DNA of 64,000 bases from Mobula hypostoma (GCF_963921235.1 NC_086097.1:229402001-229466000); one strand, 5' to 3'; counted from the first letter of the stretch, positions 12,890 through 25,798 are shown. Translations and numbers: made by a program. The notes: generated by a model from the sequence alone, not told the origin.

Positions 12890-13402
12890 TTCAAACTCAC
12901 TGAGCATTCGAAGTGGCTGCATCACTGGTATGGGAGAGGGGTCTACTGCACAGGATTGAAGGGAGCTGCAGAGAGTTGTAAACATAGTCATCTCTATCAT
13001 GGACACTAGCCTCCATAATATACAGGACTTCTTCAAGGAGCAGTGCTTAAAAAAGCCGGTGTCACCCAAATCACGCCTTGTTCTCATTGCTACCATCAGG
13101 AAGGAGGTACAGTAGCATGAAGGCACACACTCAATGATTCAGGAACAGCTTTTTCCCTTTCTGCCATCCGATTTCTGAATGGACATTGAACCGATGAACA
13201 CTACATCATAATTTTTTTCTATTTCTACTTTTTAACTACTTATTTAATTTTATTATTCAATATATACTGAATATACTTACTGTAATTCACAGTATTTTTC
13301 TCTATTATTATATATTGCATTGTACTGCTGCCGCAAAGTTAGCAAATTTCACAACACATGGCAGTGATATTAAATGTGATTCTGATTGTAATTCTGATTC
13401 TG
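12890..13402 (+). mobile_element. Rex1/Babar LINE 3' end
   Basis: gctaccatcaggaaggaggtacag...ttcaggaacagc and a (gattct)n tail. Confidence 0.75.
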
Positions 13403-13549
13403 TAAAGATTAAAGTTACTCAGAGAAATTAACACAATCAGATAACAATAAAATACATCTGTGCAATGATTTCAGAATGCATTAAGATGCAGAAATTGTAT
13501 ATTGAAAGAGGTAATGTTTATATGCATGAACACACAGTATTGACGTGTT

Positions 13550-14510
13550 CAGACTCAAAGATATTAAGGTTCAAAGATTCAAAGGCTCAAAATTTCATTT
13601 TATTATCGAAGCATATAACTCTGAAATTTTTTTTCATTTCTTCTGGTAGCCAAGAAACCAAGAAAGAAAAGAAAGGCAGTATGTACCCTAAATCCCACCT
13701 CCCCACAATAAAAACAAAACAGACTCTTCAACCCCCAAATCCCTCCTCCCGCACAAAAACCGAGCAAAGTGATCAGGCACATCGGCCCCAAATCACCCTC
13801 CCTGCACCAAAAAGCCCGAGAAGATCGGGTGATAAAACACAGAATATAAGAACTATTAAATCAGAAAAAAATAGATTTTATAATCCGAGTCCACATCCAA
13901 AATGCAGAAAAAGTCTGGTCAACACCTTCCACAGCGGCAGGCTGTCTCCTCTCTGGTAGCATAGCAGAGCGATCAAAAGACAGGTAGTCGGTGCTCACCC
14001 TCCACACTCGCTTCGATGCTTCAATTGCCCTCGTCGCTTTAGTTGGCGCACAATGGAAGGCTTAATCGGTGAAACGGAGCCAAACATTGGCTTGTACCCT
14101 GTCCTGCGGCCTGACCATTGTGAGGTTCGCGCATGCTGCCTCTTGGAATCCTCTGAGACTCAGAGCACCGGAACCCCCAAACAGTCTCCAAACTTCCATA
14201 CTCGCCTTCATATTTCAATTGCCCTCATCACTTTAATCAGAGAACAGTGGAAGCCGTAATCTGTGAAACGGGGTCAAACATTGGCTCACGCACTATTCTG
14301 CAGGCCTCTCGCCATGAGGTTTGCTCACACTGCCTTTGTCTCTCCGAATCCTGGAAGCTGCAAAGCATTGAAGCAACCAAACAATCTCCAACAGTTCCTG
14401 AATCACATTCAAGATGAAAAACAAACATAAGAGAAGTGAAAAAGATGCTTCCACGATCTACCCAGAAGATTAGTCAACCAAAGGAGATTGTACGCAGGTG
14501 TACAACTGCA
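13550..14510 (-). mobile_element. Non-autonomous retroposon with an internal tandem duplication of about 190 bp
   Basis: Tail tcaaagattcaaagg shared with the 11100-11655 element. Diverged direct repeats at about 14008-14193 and 14201-14392. Confidence 0.55.
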
Positions 14511-16164
14511 AATGTAAATGTACAGCGTTTGACTCTGCTATCTAAGACGACCATAATGTGCATATTAAGGAGTTTCTATTTTTTTGAAGTTTCACAACGT
14601 TCTGCTCCTTCTGCTTTTATAGCAACAATGAAATACAAGTCATTTATCAATGCAGGCATTTAATTATAATTACATATTTGGTCTAGACACAAGTTTTTGA
14701 AACTTTCTTGATTTCCTTACTATTTCTGGTTTTTAATCCACTATTAAACTGTTTTGTCCTGGGCTTGAATTCAAAAATTGCTTTCTTGTCAGACTTGCCT
14801 GGATTTGCAACTCTATTATCTGGAGTAGCTTTGGAACCCAGATATAACTTCATGATCAGGTGGTTCCCATCTAGACTTATTTCACCTTAGGGAGAAGTCT
14901 TTCAAACTGCACAAATACTGTACTTGGAATCGCATAAACAACTTCAACCAAATAATATCTCCTTCTTTTGAAAACTTTTGCTATTTTTCCATTTTCACAC
15001 ATCATCTTTGTTTGCTCAGTGTTCTAAGGCTACAGACATGCATGTTTTATTTGAATTTGATTAGCATCAGGGTGGTGTTTTTGATACAAATGCACAAAAC
15101 TCAAAGGCCAAATTTGATGATACAAAGCTGATGTGTGCTTTCAATCGCCCTTTCATCAAGATTTATGTATGTGTGTGGATTTATTTTATGTGGTTGTATG
15201 GAGCTGTCTTACGGATAGAAATAGGCCAATGGGTAATTCGTGCTAAACTTTGAATATCCCTGTAAGGCTTTCTTCTGAAGTGCTTCTTCAACGATTCAGA
15301 CTGAATTTCTCACTTGATCCATTTGAAGCCGGATGATGTGAAGAAACAAGATAATGTTTGATATTTTCTATTTCATTAAGTTTGTGAACCTAGTTGATTG
15401 AAGCTGACAGCCATTGTCAAAAACCAGTTATTTGTGTAAACCTCAACATGTAACCATAGACCTCAACTCATCTACAGTATATTCAGTACTGGTTGAAGAG
15501 CTATTGTCTCACTTTAAATCACTTTTAGTGACTGTCAATCAATAGCAGGAAAACTGTTATCTCCTTTTTTATGGTCTACTTATCTCTCAATAAAGGTCTG
15601 GTGGGCCATAACGATGGATACATAGGGGGTTCAGATGGTTTTGGCAAATACTGAATTTTCTTACAAAGATTCACTGACCAAATAAAGCCAGCTCTTTAAA
15701 AATGCTTTACTTCTGAATATTACTCTGAGTAAATTATGAAGTACAACTGTATAATAGCACGAGCATGGGGCTAGGTCTTTGTTTATGAACATTTATCAAC
15801 ATTTCTTCTTTCTTGGTCTTGTCTGCAATTTCAGACATGACTGTTACACATAGAATCATAATGTATTACAGCAGTAAAGTTTTACCATCAAGACTTTGTT
15901 AACTTGATCTGCCGTCCCAGCTACTAGCACCTGGTCCATAGACCTCCAACTCCTCCCATCCATGTATCTATTGAAATGTTTGAAGTGTTACAATTGAACC
16001 AGCATCTACCACCTCCACTGGAAGTTCATTCTATACTTGAAACCCTGTCTGAGTGAAGATGTTTCCCTTCAGATAATTCAAGCAAAAAAACCTTCTTTGT
16101 GTGAGCAAAAGAATGGGAAATTGAAGTGGAATATTTATTTTCTGTACAACTCTACATAGTAGAA

Positions 16165-16405
16165 GCAACACACATCAAAGCTGCTGGTGAACGCAGCAGG
16201 CCAGGCAGCATCTCTAGGAAGAGGCACAGTCGACGTTTCAGGCCGAGACCCTTCGTCAGGACCCTATAATGTGCTGTCCTGACAAAGGGTCTCAGCCTGA
16301 AACGTCGACTGTGCCTCTTCCTAGAGATGCTGCCTGGCCTGCTGCGTTCACCAGCAACTTTGATGTGTGTTGCTTGAATTTCTAGCATCTGCAGAATTCC
16401 TGTTG
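16165..16405. mobile_element. Penelope-like inverted-repeat (hairpin) insertion with 14-bp TSD
   Basis: Arms 16165-16262 and 16276-16373 are near-perfect reverse complements around a 13-nt spacer. TSD TCTACAT(A/G)GTAGAA at 16151-16164 and 16406-16419. Confidence 0.9.
16229..16262 (-). ncRNA. Minimal type I hammerhead ribozyme motif (Penelope-associated)
   Basis: The minus strand reads GUC-CUGACGA-AGGGUCUCGGCCU-GAAA-CGUC-GAC: intact CUGANGA and GAAA core, stem II, palindromic ACGU in place of stem III, GUC cleavage triplet, and short stem I (GUC/GAC). Confidence 0.65.
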
Positions 16406-16764
16406 TCTACATGGTAGAAATAAGTTTGTAACTAAAGAATATAAAACTGAATATAATGAACTGAAATGGAAAATACCTCAGTTTAAAAAAAAGCTCATAG
16501 TGGATACGTTGCTGTGATCTGAAGGTACAGAATTTTAAAAAAAATAATCATATGTATAAATCCCGCCTACCATGACTGTGAGCTCCAGAGACAGATTTGT
16601 CAAAGCTTTGGAGAAAATCCTCTCGCTGCCATTCATATGGATGATAATGGTAAATTACAAGTGAAAGTAGTTGCTATCATGGGCTTTGTCTGTAGTAGTC
16701 TGCGTTTTTCTTGTTTCAGGGACTGTGTGTTGGTTGCAGAGACATGCATATTCGCTGAATGCTC

Positions 16765-16888
16765 AGATAAATAGAGGGCTACGTGGTAGGGAAATTCTAG
16801 GCAGTCTCTAGAGAAGGTTACACGGTCGGCTCAACATTGTGGGCCGAAGGGCCTGTAATGTGCTGTAAATTTCTATGTTCTATGTTCT
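16765..16888 (+). mobile_element. CR1 3' terminus
   Basis: tgggccgaagggcctgtaatgtgctgta...ttctatgttctatg tail. Confidence 0.8.
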
Positions 16889-17205
16889 GTTCCCTTTGAA
16901 TATTTCACTTTACCCCCTTAATCTATGACTGTAGTTGTAGTCTCAACCAGCCTGAGATGAAAAGGTCTGCATGCATTCCCCCTATCTAGATCATTCATAA
17001 TTCTGTGTACATCTGTAGGATCTCCCCTCAGTCTTTAGCCGTCCAAACTTCCCTTACAACTCAGGTCCTCAAGTCCCAGCAACATCCTTGAAAATGTTCT
17101 CTGTACTCTTCTAAGCTTAGTGATATCTTTCATGGAGGTAGGTGGCCAGAACGGCAAACAATTCTTACAAATGTCTTGTGTAACTTCAACATAACATCCC
17201 AACTG
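16888..17205 (-). mobile_element. CR1 3' fragment
   Basis: Reverse complement of CR1 ORF2 C-terminal DNA (ccagcaacatccttg, tctcccctca). Confidence 0.65.
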
Positions 17206-17207
17206 CC

Positions 17208-17872
17208 ATGGTTATCTTGACTGTACATACCTCTTCTCACCCTATTTCCTGTGAGAATGCTATTCCACTTTCTCAGTTCCTTTATCTTCACAGCATCTGT
17301 TCCCAGGATATGGCCTTCCTTTCCAGGACTTCAGAGATGTCTTCCTTCTTCAAGGAATGGGGTTTCCCTTCCTCCAACATTAATGTTGCCCTCACTCGCA
17401 TCTTCTCTATTTCCTGAACATCTGCGCTCACCCCATTTTCCTGTTGACTTAACAGTGATAATTCCTTTTGTCCTTACCTACCACCCCATGAGCCTCCACA
17501 TCCAGCACATCATCCTCCACAACTTCCTCCATCTCCAAAGGGATCCTACCACTGAACATATCTTTACCTCATCACACTCTCCCTCCATGATTCCCTTGTC
17601 CATTTGTCCCTCCCTACTAATTTCGCACCCAGCACTTATCCCTGAAAGTGGCCCAAGTGCTACATCTGCCCATTCACCTCCATTCACGCACAAACAGTCC
17701 TTCCAGGTGAATCAACGTTTCACCTGCGAATCTGCTGGGCTCATTTATTGTGTCCAGTGCTTCTGATGCAGCCTCCTCTACATTGGTGAGACCTGTCGTG
17801 AATTGGGGGACTGCTTTGTCGAGCACCTGCTCTCCATCCGGCAAAAGCAAAACTTCCCGATGGCCAAATATT
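17208..17872 (+). mobile_element. Penelope-like element, RT C-terminus and GIY-YIG endonuclease (5' piece)
   Basis: TSSHPISCENAIPLSQFL...ICSQD; IPFVLTYHP; FTCESAGLIYCVQC followed by LYIGET...LGD.FVEHL. Confidence 0.85.
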
Positions 17873-17874
17873 TT

Positions 17875-19755
17875 GGACCATAGGACCATAAGACAAAAGA
17901 GTAGAATTAGACCATTTGGCCCATCGAGTCTGCTCCGCCATTCAGTCATTGCCGATCCTATTCCCCTCCTCAGTCCCTCTCCCCAGCCACCTTTGATGTT
18001 GTGCTCAATCAAGAACCTATCAAGCTCTGCCTTAAATACACACAATGACCTGGCCTCCACAGCTGCCTCTGCAAACAAATTCACCACACTCAGGCTAAAG
18101 AAATTTCTCTGCATCTCTGTTTTAAATGGACACCCCTCTATACTGAGCCTGTGCCCTCTTGTCCTAGACTCCACCACCATGGGAAACATCCTTTCCACAT
18201 CTACTCTGTCTAAGCCTTCCAACATTCGAAAGGTTTCAATGAGATCCCCTCTCATCCTTCTAAATTCCAGCGAGTACAGTTCCAGAGCCATCTGTCTAAG
18301 TCCTTCTGCAGCCTACCTATTTCCTCAACACTACCTGCCCCTCCACCAATCTTTGTATCATTTGCAAACTTGGCAACAAAGCCATCATCTAACTCATTGA
18401 TATTATCAGCATCAAAAGAAAGCAGTCCGAACACCAAATTCTGCAGAACATCACTAGTCACTGGCCGCCAACCAGAAAAGGACCCTTTTATTCCCATTCA
18501 CTGCCTCCTATCAATCAGCCAATGCCAGTAACTTTTCTATAATACCATGGGCTCTTAACTTGGTAAGCAGCCTCATGTGTGTCACCTTGTCTAAGGCCTT
18601 CTGCAAGTCCAAATATACAACATCCACTGCATCCCCTTTATTTATCCTACTTATAATCTTCTCAAAATATTCCAAAAGGTTCGTCAGGCAAGATTTTCCC
18701 TTAAGAAAACAATACTGACTTCGTCCTATCTTGTCCTGTGTCTTTAAGTACTCCATAAACTATCCTTAACAATTGACTCCAACATTTTCCCAGCCACTGA
18801 GGTCAGGCTAACTGGTCTATAATTATCTTTCTGCTGCCTTCCTCCTTTCTTAAAGGATGGAATGACTTTTGCAATTTTCCAGTCCTCTGGCTCCATGCCA
18901 GAGACCAATGATCCAAGACGTCCCTGACCCTGGCACCTGGAGGCAACTTAACATTTGGGTGTCCCGTTCACGGCCACAAAATCTTCTGTTGCTTCCCCTG
19001 AATATAGAGTCCTCTATCACTACTGCTCCCCTCTTCTCCATCTTTCTCTTCTACACCACGGACCCATGCTCAGTGCCAGTAACCTGGTCTTCATAGCATT
19101 CCCCTGGGAAGTCATGCCCACAACAGTAGCCAAAACAATATACTTATTTTTGAGGGGAATGGCCACAAGGCTGCTCTGTGGTAACTGCCTAATCACATTT
19201 CCATTCCTCCTGACAGTCACCCAGCTACTTGCCCCCTGCAACTTGGGGGTAACTCTGATTGATTATCTCCTCACTCTCCCGTACAAGCCGAAGGTCATCC
19301 AGCTGCTGCTCCAGATCCCTAACATAGTCTTCAGGGAGCTGCAGCTGGATGCACTTCACACAGATGTAGTTCCCTGGGAGACTCCAGGTCTCCCAGAACT
19401 CCAACATCCAGCATGAAGAACACACAATGACCATTTACTAAAAAAAGGAAACCTTAACAGAAGCTTACCCATAGCCAATGCCTCCTTCAAACCAAAGCCT
19501 CCTTTGAGCCAAAGCCTGACTTCCTACTGTCACGACTGGCCTACTCCCAACATTGGCTGCCCTGCTTGTCCCTTCTGTAACTTCAAGCAAGCGTCACTGA
19601 CCTGCGAGAAACCTCATCACTGTGGTTGCTCCTACTGCCAGTTGGGCCGCCGGAGTGAGCCCGAACACCCGCGACGCTCTCCTTTTAAACAAGTGCTGCC
19701 GACCTGCAAGAAACCTGGTCGCTGTGGCTCGCTCCTGCCTCTGACTGGGCCGCCA
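17875..19755 (-). mobile_element. Internally deleted CR1 (5' UTR, ORF1 zinc finger and esterase start fused to RT and 3' end), inserted in the Penelope element
   Basis: ORF1 CSSCWM...YICVKCIQLQL...LEQQLDDLRL and esterase AVVIEDSIFRG...FCGRERD. RT fragments GKSCLTNLL...DVVYLD..KA.DKV and VAKFANDTKIGG. 3' tail near 17880. Confidence 0.85.
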
Positions 19756-20277
19756 TAATTTTAATTCCCATTCCCATTCCAACATGTCAGTCCATGGCCA
19801 CTTCTTGTGTCAAGATGGGGCCACCCTCAAGATGGAAGAGCAACATCTTATATTCCATTTGGGTAGTTTCCAACCTAATGCCGTAAATATCAATTTCTCC
19901 TTCTGATAATTTTTTTCCCTCCTCCTTCCCTCTTCTTCTATTCCCCACTCTGGCCTTTTCACCTGCTTACCACTTAGCCCTGGGTTCACTCCTCCTTCCT
20001 TTTCATCTATGGTCCACTTTCCTCTCCTATTAGATTCCTTCTTCGCCAGTCTTTTACCTCCCCCACCCACCTGGCTTCTAGCTACCCTCCTCCCCCCCAG
20101 CCCCCATCTTTTTTTTTTGGTGTCTTCCCCCTTCTATTTCAGTCCTGTGAAGGAGAGTCTCGGCCTGAAACGTCAACTGTTTATTTATTCCGTAGATACT
20201 GCCTGATCTTCTGAGTTCCTCCAGCATTTTGTGTGTGTTGCTTTGGAATTCCAGCATCTGCAGACTTTCTTGCATTT
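19756..20277 (+). mobile_element. Penelope-like element 3' piece (end of GIY-YIG and terminal repeat)
   Basis: Continues the element broken at 17872 (HFNSHSHS...LKMEEQHLIFHLGS) and ends in ccagcattttgtgtgtgttgc...ccagcatctgcag. Confidence 0.85.
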
Positions 20278-20279
20278 AT

Positions 20280-20960
20280 GATTTCTTGTACTCAATGTCC
20301 TGAGTTAGGAAGGCCAATATACTAAAAGCTGTCTTCACTAACTTACCAACTTGTGATCCCACTTTGAAGGAATTATGTACCTGTATTACCAGGTCCTTTT
20401 GTTCTACCGCACATCTCACAGCTCTACCATTCACTGTATATATCATATCCCGGATTTTCCTCTCAAGGTGCAATACCACACACTTGTCTTCATTAAATTC
20501 AATTTCCCTTGTTTCAGCCCATCTTTCCAGCTCAACAAGGTCATGCTGCAAGCTTTCATAACCTTCCTCGCTGCTCCCTACACCCTCAATCTTGATGCCA
20601 TCAGCAAATTTACTGATCCAGCTTACCAACTAAATCATTAATATAGATAATAAACAACAACAGACCCAGTACCAATCCCTGCAACACTGTCAGAGAGACA
20701 ACCATCTACTACCATTTTTTGGCTTCTCCTGCTAAACTAATGTCAGATTCAATTGACCACTTGTCCTGAATGCCAAGAAATTTGAAATAATGGATCAGCC
20801 TCCCATGTGAAACTTTGTCAAAGGCCTTTGCTGAAGTCCATGTCAACAACATCCACTGACCTTCTTTCATTAATTTTCTTGCTAGCCTGCAAAAAAATCT
20901 ATATGACTGGTTCAGCGTGACATGTCAAGCACAAGGTCATGTTGACCATCCCTAATTAGG
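20280..20960 (-). mobile_element. CR1 RT fragment
   Basis: WISKFADGIKI...LERWAE...EFNEDKCVVLH. Confidence 0.85.
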
Positions 20961-21399
20961 TCCTGTTTATCCTGTCTCGGATCCCTTATTGATCTCATGT
21001 GACACGTAGATCCCCCTTTCACATCTAACATCAAGATTATTGCACAGTAGACTTGATAGAACATCTGCAATGATATTTTACCTGGAATTTCTACATTTGA
21101 TTCTATTTTTATACAGCAAAAGAGGGATAGCCCATCTCTAAATACCTGATACCACCATTACATTGCTTCTTTGGGATTTAATATCTCTAATTGTGGCTTA
21201 TGATTATTTTTAGGGCAACAGAGCTGCCTAGTAAAAATTGATGGGATTTCTTAATTCCAAATGTTAGGTGAGATGTGTTTTTTTGAATTTACACTGTCGA
21301 GGAATTTTCACTCACATGATAACAATGCAATACCACCTTGCTTCAACTCTTTCCTTAATCTCTTACATTGACCAGATATCTTTTGTTATGTCTTGTTCC

Positions 21400-21570
21400 A
21401 TATCCATCAGGCAATGACCTGAGCATGGTTGTAATGTCCGGAAAGAATCACCTATAATTTTTCATCAATCCTAGGGTGAACATTTGGCTTTGGTGCTTCG
21501 AGGACAGCTTTCAGGTTATCTTTCAATGTTTGTAACCCATTGATATCAGCCTTCAAAGCATGATACATTA
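21400..21570 (-). mobile_element. Degraded Gypsy RT/RNase H junction fragment
   Basis: The minus strand gives NGLQTLKDNLKAVLEAPKPNV followed by LGLM.NY, resembling the Gypsy K.KAI..AP.P.NV..L..FLG region. Confidence 0.5.
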
Positions 21571-22309
21571 CTTCTCATTGTAAAACGTACATTTACTTCA
21601 AATTATGCTCATGAAATTTCCTAAACATTTCATTAAAAATAAGATTTTCTTCTTAGTGCTCTTGGAAATCACCAAATCATTACAACTGGTCCTCTGTACT
21701 AAAATGAACGTAGTCACTGATCTTGCACCAGGTCCAAGTTGGTGTAAGTTGAGTGGGAAGTGTAAATTTTGGGGGAATTACATAAAGCTAAGGAGCAGAT
21801 GTAGTTGGTAATATCACAACAAGAACTTTCTGCAGCAATTACAAATGTCCTCTGCCAGTGACGGATGGCATTTCCGGACATGGACAAAGGGGTCAATGCA
21901 GGCAATTCCTAATGTGCTAGTTACTGTGCAATTTCTAAAAATCTATTAGAACTGCATAGACTCTGATTTTCTAGGTACCACCGGTCTCAAGAACAGCTCC
22001 CAGCCTAGAGTCATAAGACTATTGAATGGTCTTTAGTATGATAAGACTGGCTCTTGAACTCACAGTCTATCAAGTTATTACTTTCCACCTTATTGTTTAC
22101 CTGCACTGCACTTACTTTTTAGCTGTTACACTTCATATTCTGCATTTTGTTATTATTCTACCTGTTCTACCTCAATGAACTGTAATAATTTAATCTTTAT
22201 AAACAGTATGCAAGACAAGCTTTTTTGCTATATCTTGATACATGTGACAATAATAAACTAATTCTAATTTCAATTCCTTGTGTCAAACTAATAATGAATT
22301 CCAGCAGTT

Positions 22310-23265
22310 CCATAAGACCATAAGATATAGGAGCATTCAGCCCATCGAGTCTGCTCCGCCATTCAATCATGAGCTGATCCAATTCTTCCAGTCGTCCCCA
22401 CTCCCCTGCCCATACCCTTTGATGCCCTGGCTAATCAAGAACCTATCTATCTCTGCCTTAAATGCACCCAATGACTTGGCCTCCACAGGCGCTAGTGGCA
22501 ACAAATTCTACAGATTTACCACCCTCTGACTAAAGTAATTTCTCCGCATCTCTGTTCTAAATGGATGTCCTTCAATCCTGAGGATAAAGGGGAAGCCTTT
22601 TAGGACTGAGATTAGGAAAAACTTCTTCACACAGAGAGTGGTGAATCTGTGGAATTCTCTGCCACAGGAAACAGTTGAGGCCCGTTCATTGGCTGTATTT
22701 AAGAGGGAGTTAGATATGGCCCTTGTGGCTACGGGGATCAGGGGGTATGGAGGGAAGGCTGGTGCAGGGTTCTGAGTTGGATGATCAGCCATGATCATAC
22801 TGAATGGCGGTACAGGCTCAAATGGCCGAATGGCCTACTCCTGCACCTATTTTCTATGTTTCTATGTTTCTGTTGTGCCTTCTTGTCCTAAACTCCCCTA
22901 CCATGGGAAATAACTTTGCCATATCTAATCTGTTCAGGCCTTTTAACATTTGGAATGTTTCTATGAGATTCCCCCCCCCCCACCTCATTCTCCTGAACTC
23001 CAGGGAATACAGTCCAAGAGCTGCCAGACATTCCTCATACAGTAACCCTTTCATTCCTGGACTCATTCTTGCGAATCTTCTCTAAGCCCTCTCCAATGTC
23101 AGTATATCCTTTCTAAAATAAGGAGCCCAAAACTGCACACAATTCCCCAAGTGTGGTCTCACGAGTGCCTTATAGAGCCTCAACATCACATCCCTGCTCT
23201 TATAGTCTACACCTCTAGAAATGAATGCCAATATTGCATTCGCTTTCTTCACCACCGACTCAACC
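22310..23265 (-). mobile_element. CR1 3' region containing an oppositely oriented CR1 3' end (about 22582-22870, +)
   Basis: Host reads LGLYSLEFRRMR...IETFQMLKGL. The insert reads ggataaaggggaagcc...gtggtgaatctgtggaattc...ttctatgtttctatgtttc. Confidence 0.85.
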
Positions 23266-23586
23266 CCTAAAATTTCCTTAAAATTGGTGGCAGGCTATCA
23301 GTGCTTTAGTTCTCTTTTTTTTTGTGGATAGTGCTATGTTTTGTAACTTTCAAAACATTAAACAAAAATGAAAATTTCAACTTCTTTTCAGATTTACTGT
23401 GATTTTTCCAACTAAATTCTGTTCCTTCGCTTCATGTAATTCCCCTAAATTTACAGTTCCCGCTCAACTTACATCTCTGTGGACCTAGTGCAGGATCAGT
23501 GACTTAATTCATTTTACTATAGAGGACTGGTCGAAATAATTTGGTGATTTCCAAGAGCACTAAAGAAGAAAATTCAAAGGAAGACG

Positions 23587-23785
23587 TGGGAGTCAGAAAT
23601 GTGAGTCTAACTTCAGGTTTTACTTTAAAGAGAGGCACTCAAGTATGCAAATGATGACGACTGCAATCCACGTATTTTTACATACTGTATAACGATAATG
23701 AATTATTTAAACAAACAAGAAAGCTTAACCAAACAATGTATATGCAAGATTTCTCAAATATTACTGAACTATTAGGAATACAATA
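23587..23785 (-). mobile_element. Gypsy solo-LTR-like fragment
   Basis: Similar to 9160-9316 and to the reverse complement of 36852-37086. Confidence 0.55.
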
Positions 23786-25564
23786 GGTAGCAGTTCCAGA
23801 TTTGCTCCTTTCTAGATATTTAGTCCACTGCATTTATCAGCTCTTAGGACATTTATTAATTCTTTCAGAATTTCTTTTTATAAGTAATTGTTTTAAATTC
23901 ATTTGTTGTGGAGAGACAAAGAGTATTTGTTTTGTGCTTCTGATTTTATTAATATTCCTCTAAGGGACTCATGGTTACTCTCTACCTTTTTATAAAGGTA
24001 TAAGAAATATTTTTTTTGTTAATTTTACCCAACCTGCTACTACTACTTCATTTTTCTGCTTCTTCATTGCTAGTTTATTAAACATACTAGGGCAGTTTGT
24101 GCTAATCCAGCCCAAACCTTACAACCACCTTCTGTGCTATTGCCAAAGCCTCACTAACCTCTGGCAGCCCTGCAGTTTAAAACAAATCCTGGGGCTTGCC
24201 ATAGTGCTCATCCTGCTGAGTGTGGGGCTACATGGGCAACAACCAGACATCTGAAGGCAGATCCTTAACCTCTGGCCTGAGACGACCCAGATGGCCTTCT
24301 ACTGTTAAATGCCCCTGGTAATCAGAGACTAACAAACCGTTTGATGGGATTAGAATATCTTTTCAAAATAGTGCTACAAACATCGCCCAGGATTGGTGAA
24401 AAGATTCAAAATGCATCTGAACCTTTCGAATAACAGAGCCCCAATCCTGGACTCAGTATTGACCTCACTTGCATGGGTATGAATGGCATCTGATTTCCAG
24501 TGTATTGTGGATTTCTGCATTGCAACATACAGGAATTCAGGAATGCTGTAACCCACTCAATGTTGTTAGCAGATGGTTCTATCTGGAACTGATGCCTATA
24601 GTTCAGTACAATCTGGACCACTATGTTTCTTGGCATTTGTAATAATGTCTCCTTTATTTATAAATTTTGTGTATTGTAATGTACTACTGCCGCAAAACAA
24701 GATATTTCATGACATATTAACCCCAATTCAGATTCTGAAACTAATATCATCAATAAACATTTTAATTAGCTATGAATGGATTACTTTTATAATGGTTTTA
24801 ATTTCTTAATTTGTTTGAAATTATTACATTTTTATATACATGTTCCAATATTTTTATTGACATTCCTTTCAATTTAGTTTTTCAAATTATCTTAGCCAAA
24901 TTATATTATCAATATAATTGGTTTTATTTAATTGTATCACTTTAAAATTCAGTATAAAACATTATCACATTGCCACGGAGGATCACTTACTCTGAAATGA
25001 CTATTTAAATCTGTCTCATTATACTGGAGATGGTCTAAAATAGCCCATTTCCTAGTTGTTCCAGGAAATTACTTCAGATGTGCTCCCTAAGCTTTCCCTC
25101 CAAATTACCTTCGCAAATTTGAATTTTACGAAAATTAAATTTTTACTGAATGCTCTTTTTTCATTAATTTTCTATTCAACACTACTGCTGATATTAGAAG
25201 GTCTATAAATTCTGTCCACTAATATTTTTGGATCTACACTATTTCCACTTCCTCTGTTTCTGAGCCAACCTCATTATCTGCTATAGACCTTACATTATTC
25301 ATTATTAATAGAGATGGCCATCTCATCTTTTTCCAGTTCATCTGATCCCATGAAATGTCATGAACCTTGGAATATTCAATACTAGCAATAACTGTGGTTT
25401 CAACACAGACAAAATGCTGGAGGTACTCGGCAGGTCAGGCACCAGCTATGGAGGGGAAGAAACAATATTTTTGGGCCAAGGATCTTTTTCTGGACACTGT
25501 TAAATCAAACTCATTTATTTCAATATGTACTTTTAGTTTATTCCATCTTCTAGAGATGCTTTCC

Positions 25565-25798
25565 ACGGTCATGGATTTGTGGAATTCGTTGCCACATATG
25601 GCTGTGGAGGCCCGATCATTGAGGGTGTTTAAGGAGGAGATTGACAGGTATCTAATTAGTCAGGGTATCAAGGGATATGGGGAAAAAACTGGAAATTGGA
25701 ACTAGATGGGTGAATAGTTTAGCTCATGGGGGAGCTGCGGAGCAGACTCGATGGGCCGAATGGCCTACTTCTGCTCCTTTGTCTTGTGATCTTGTGAT
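25565..25798 (+). mobile_element. CR1 3' end
   Basis: LWNSLPHMAVEARSLRVFKEEIDRYL and terminal gatgggccgaatggcctacttctgctcc. Confidence 0.85.
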
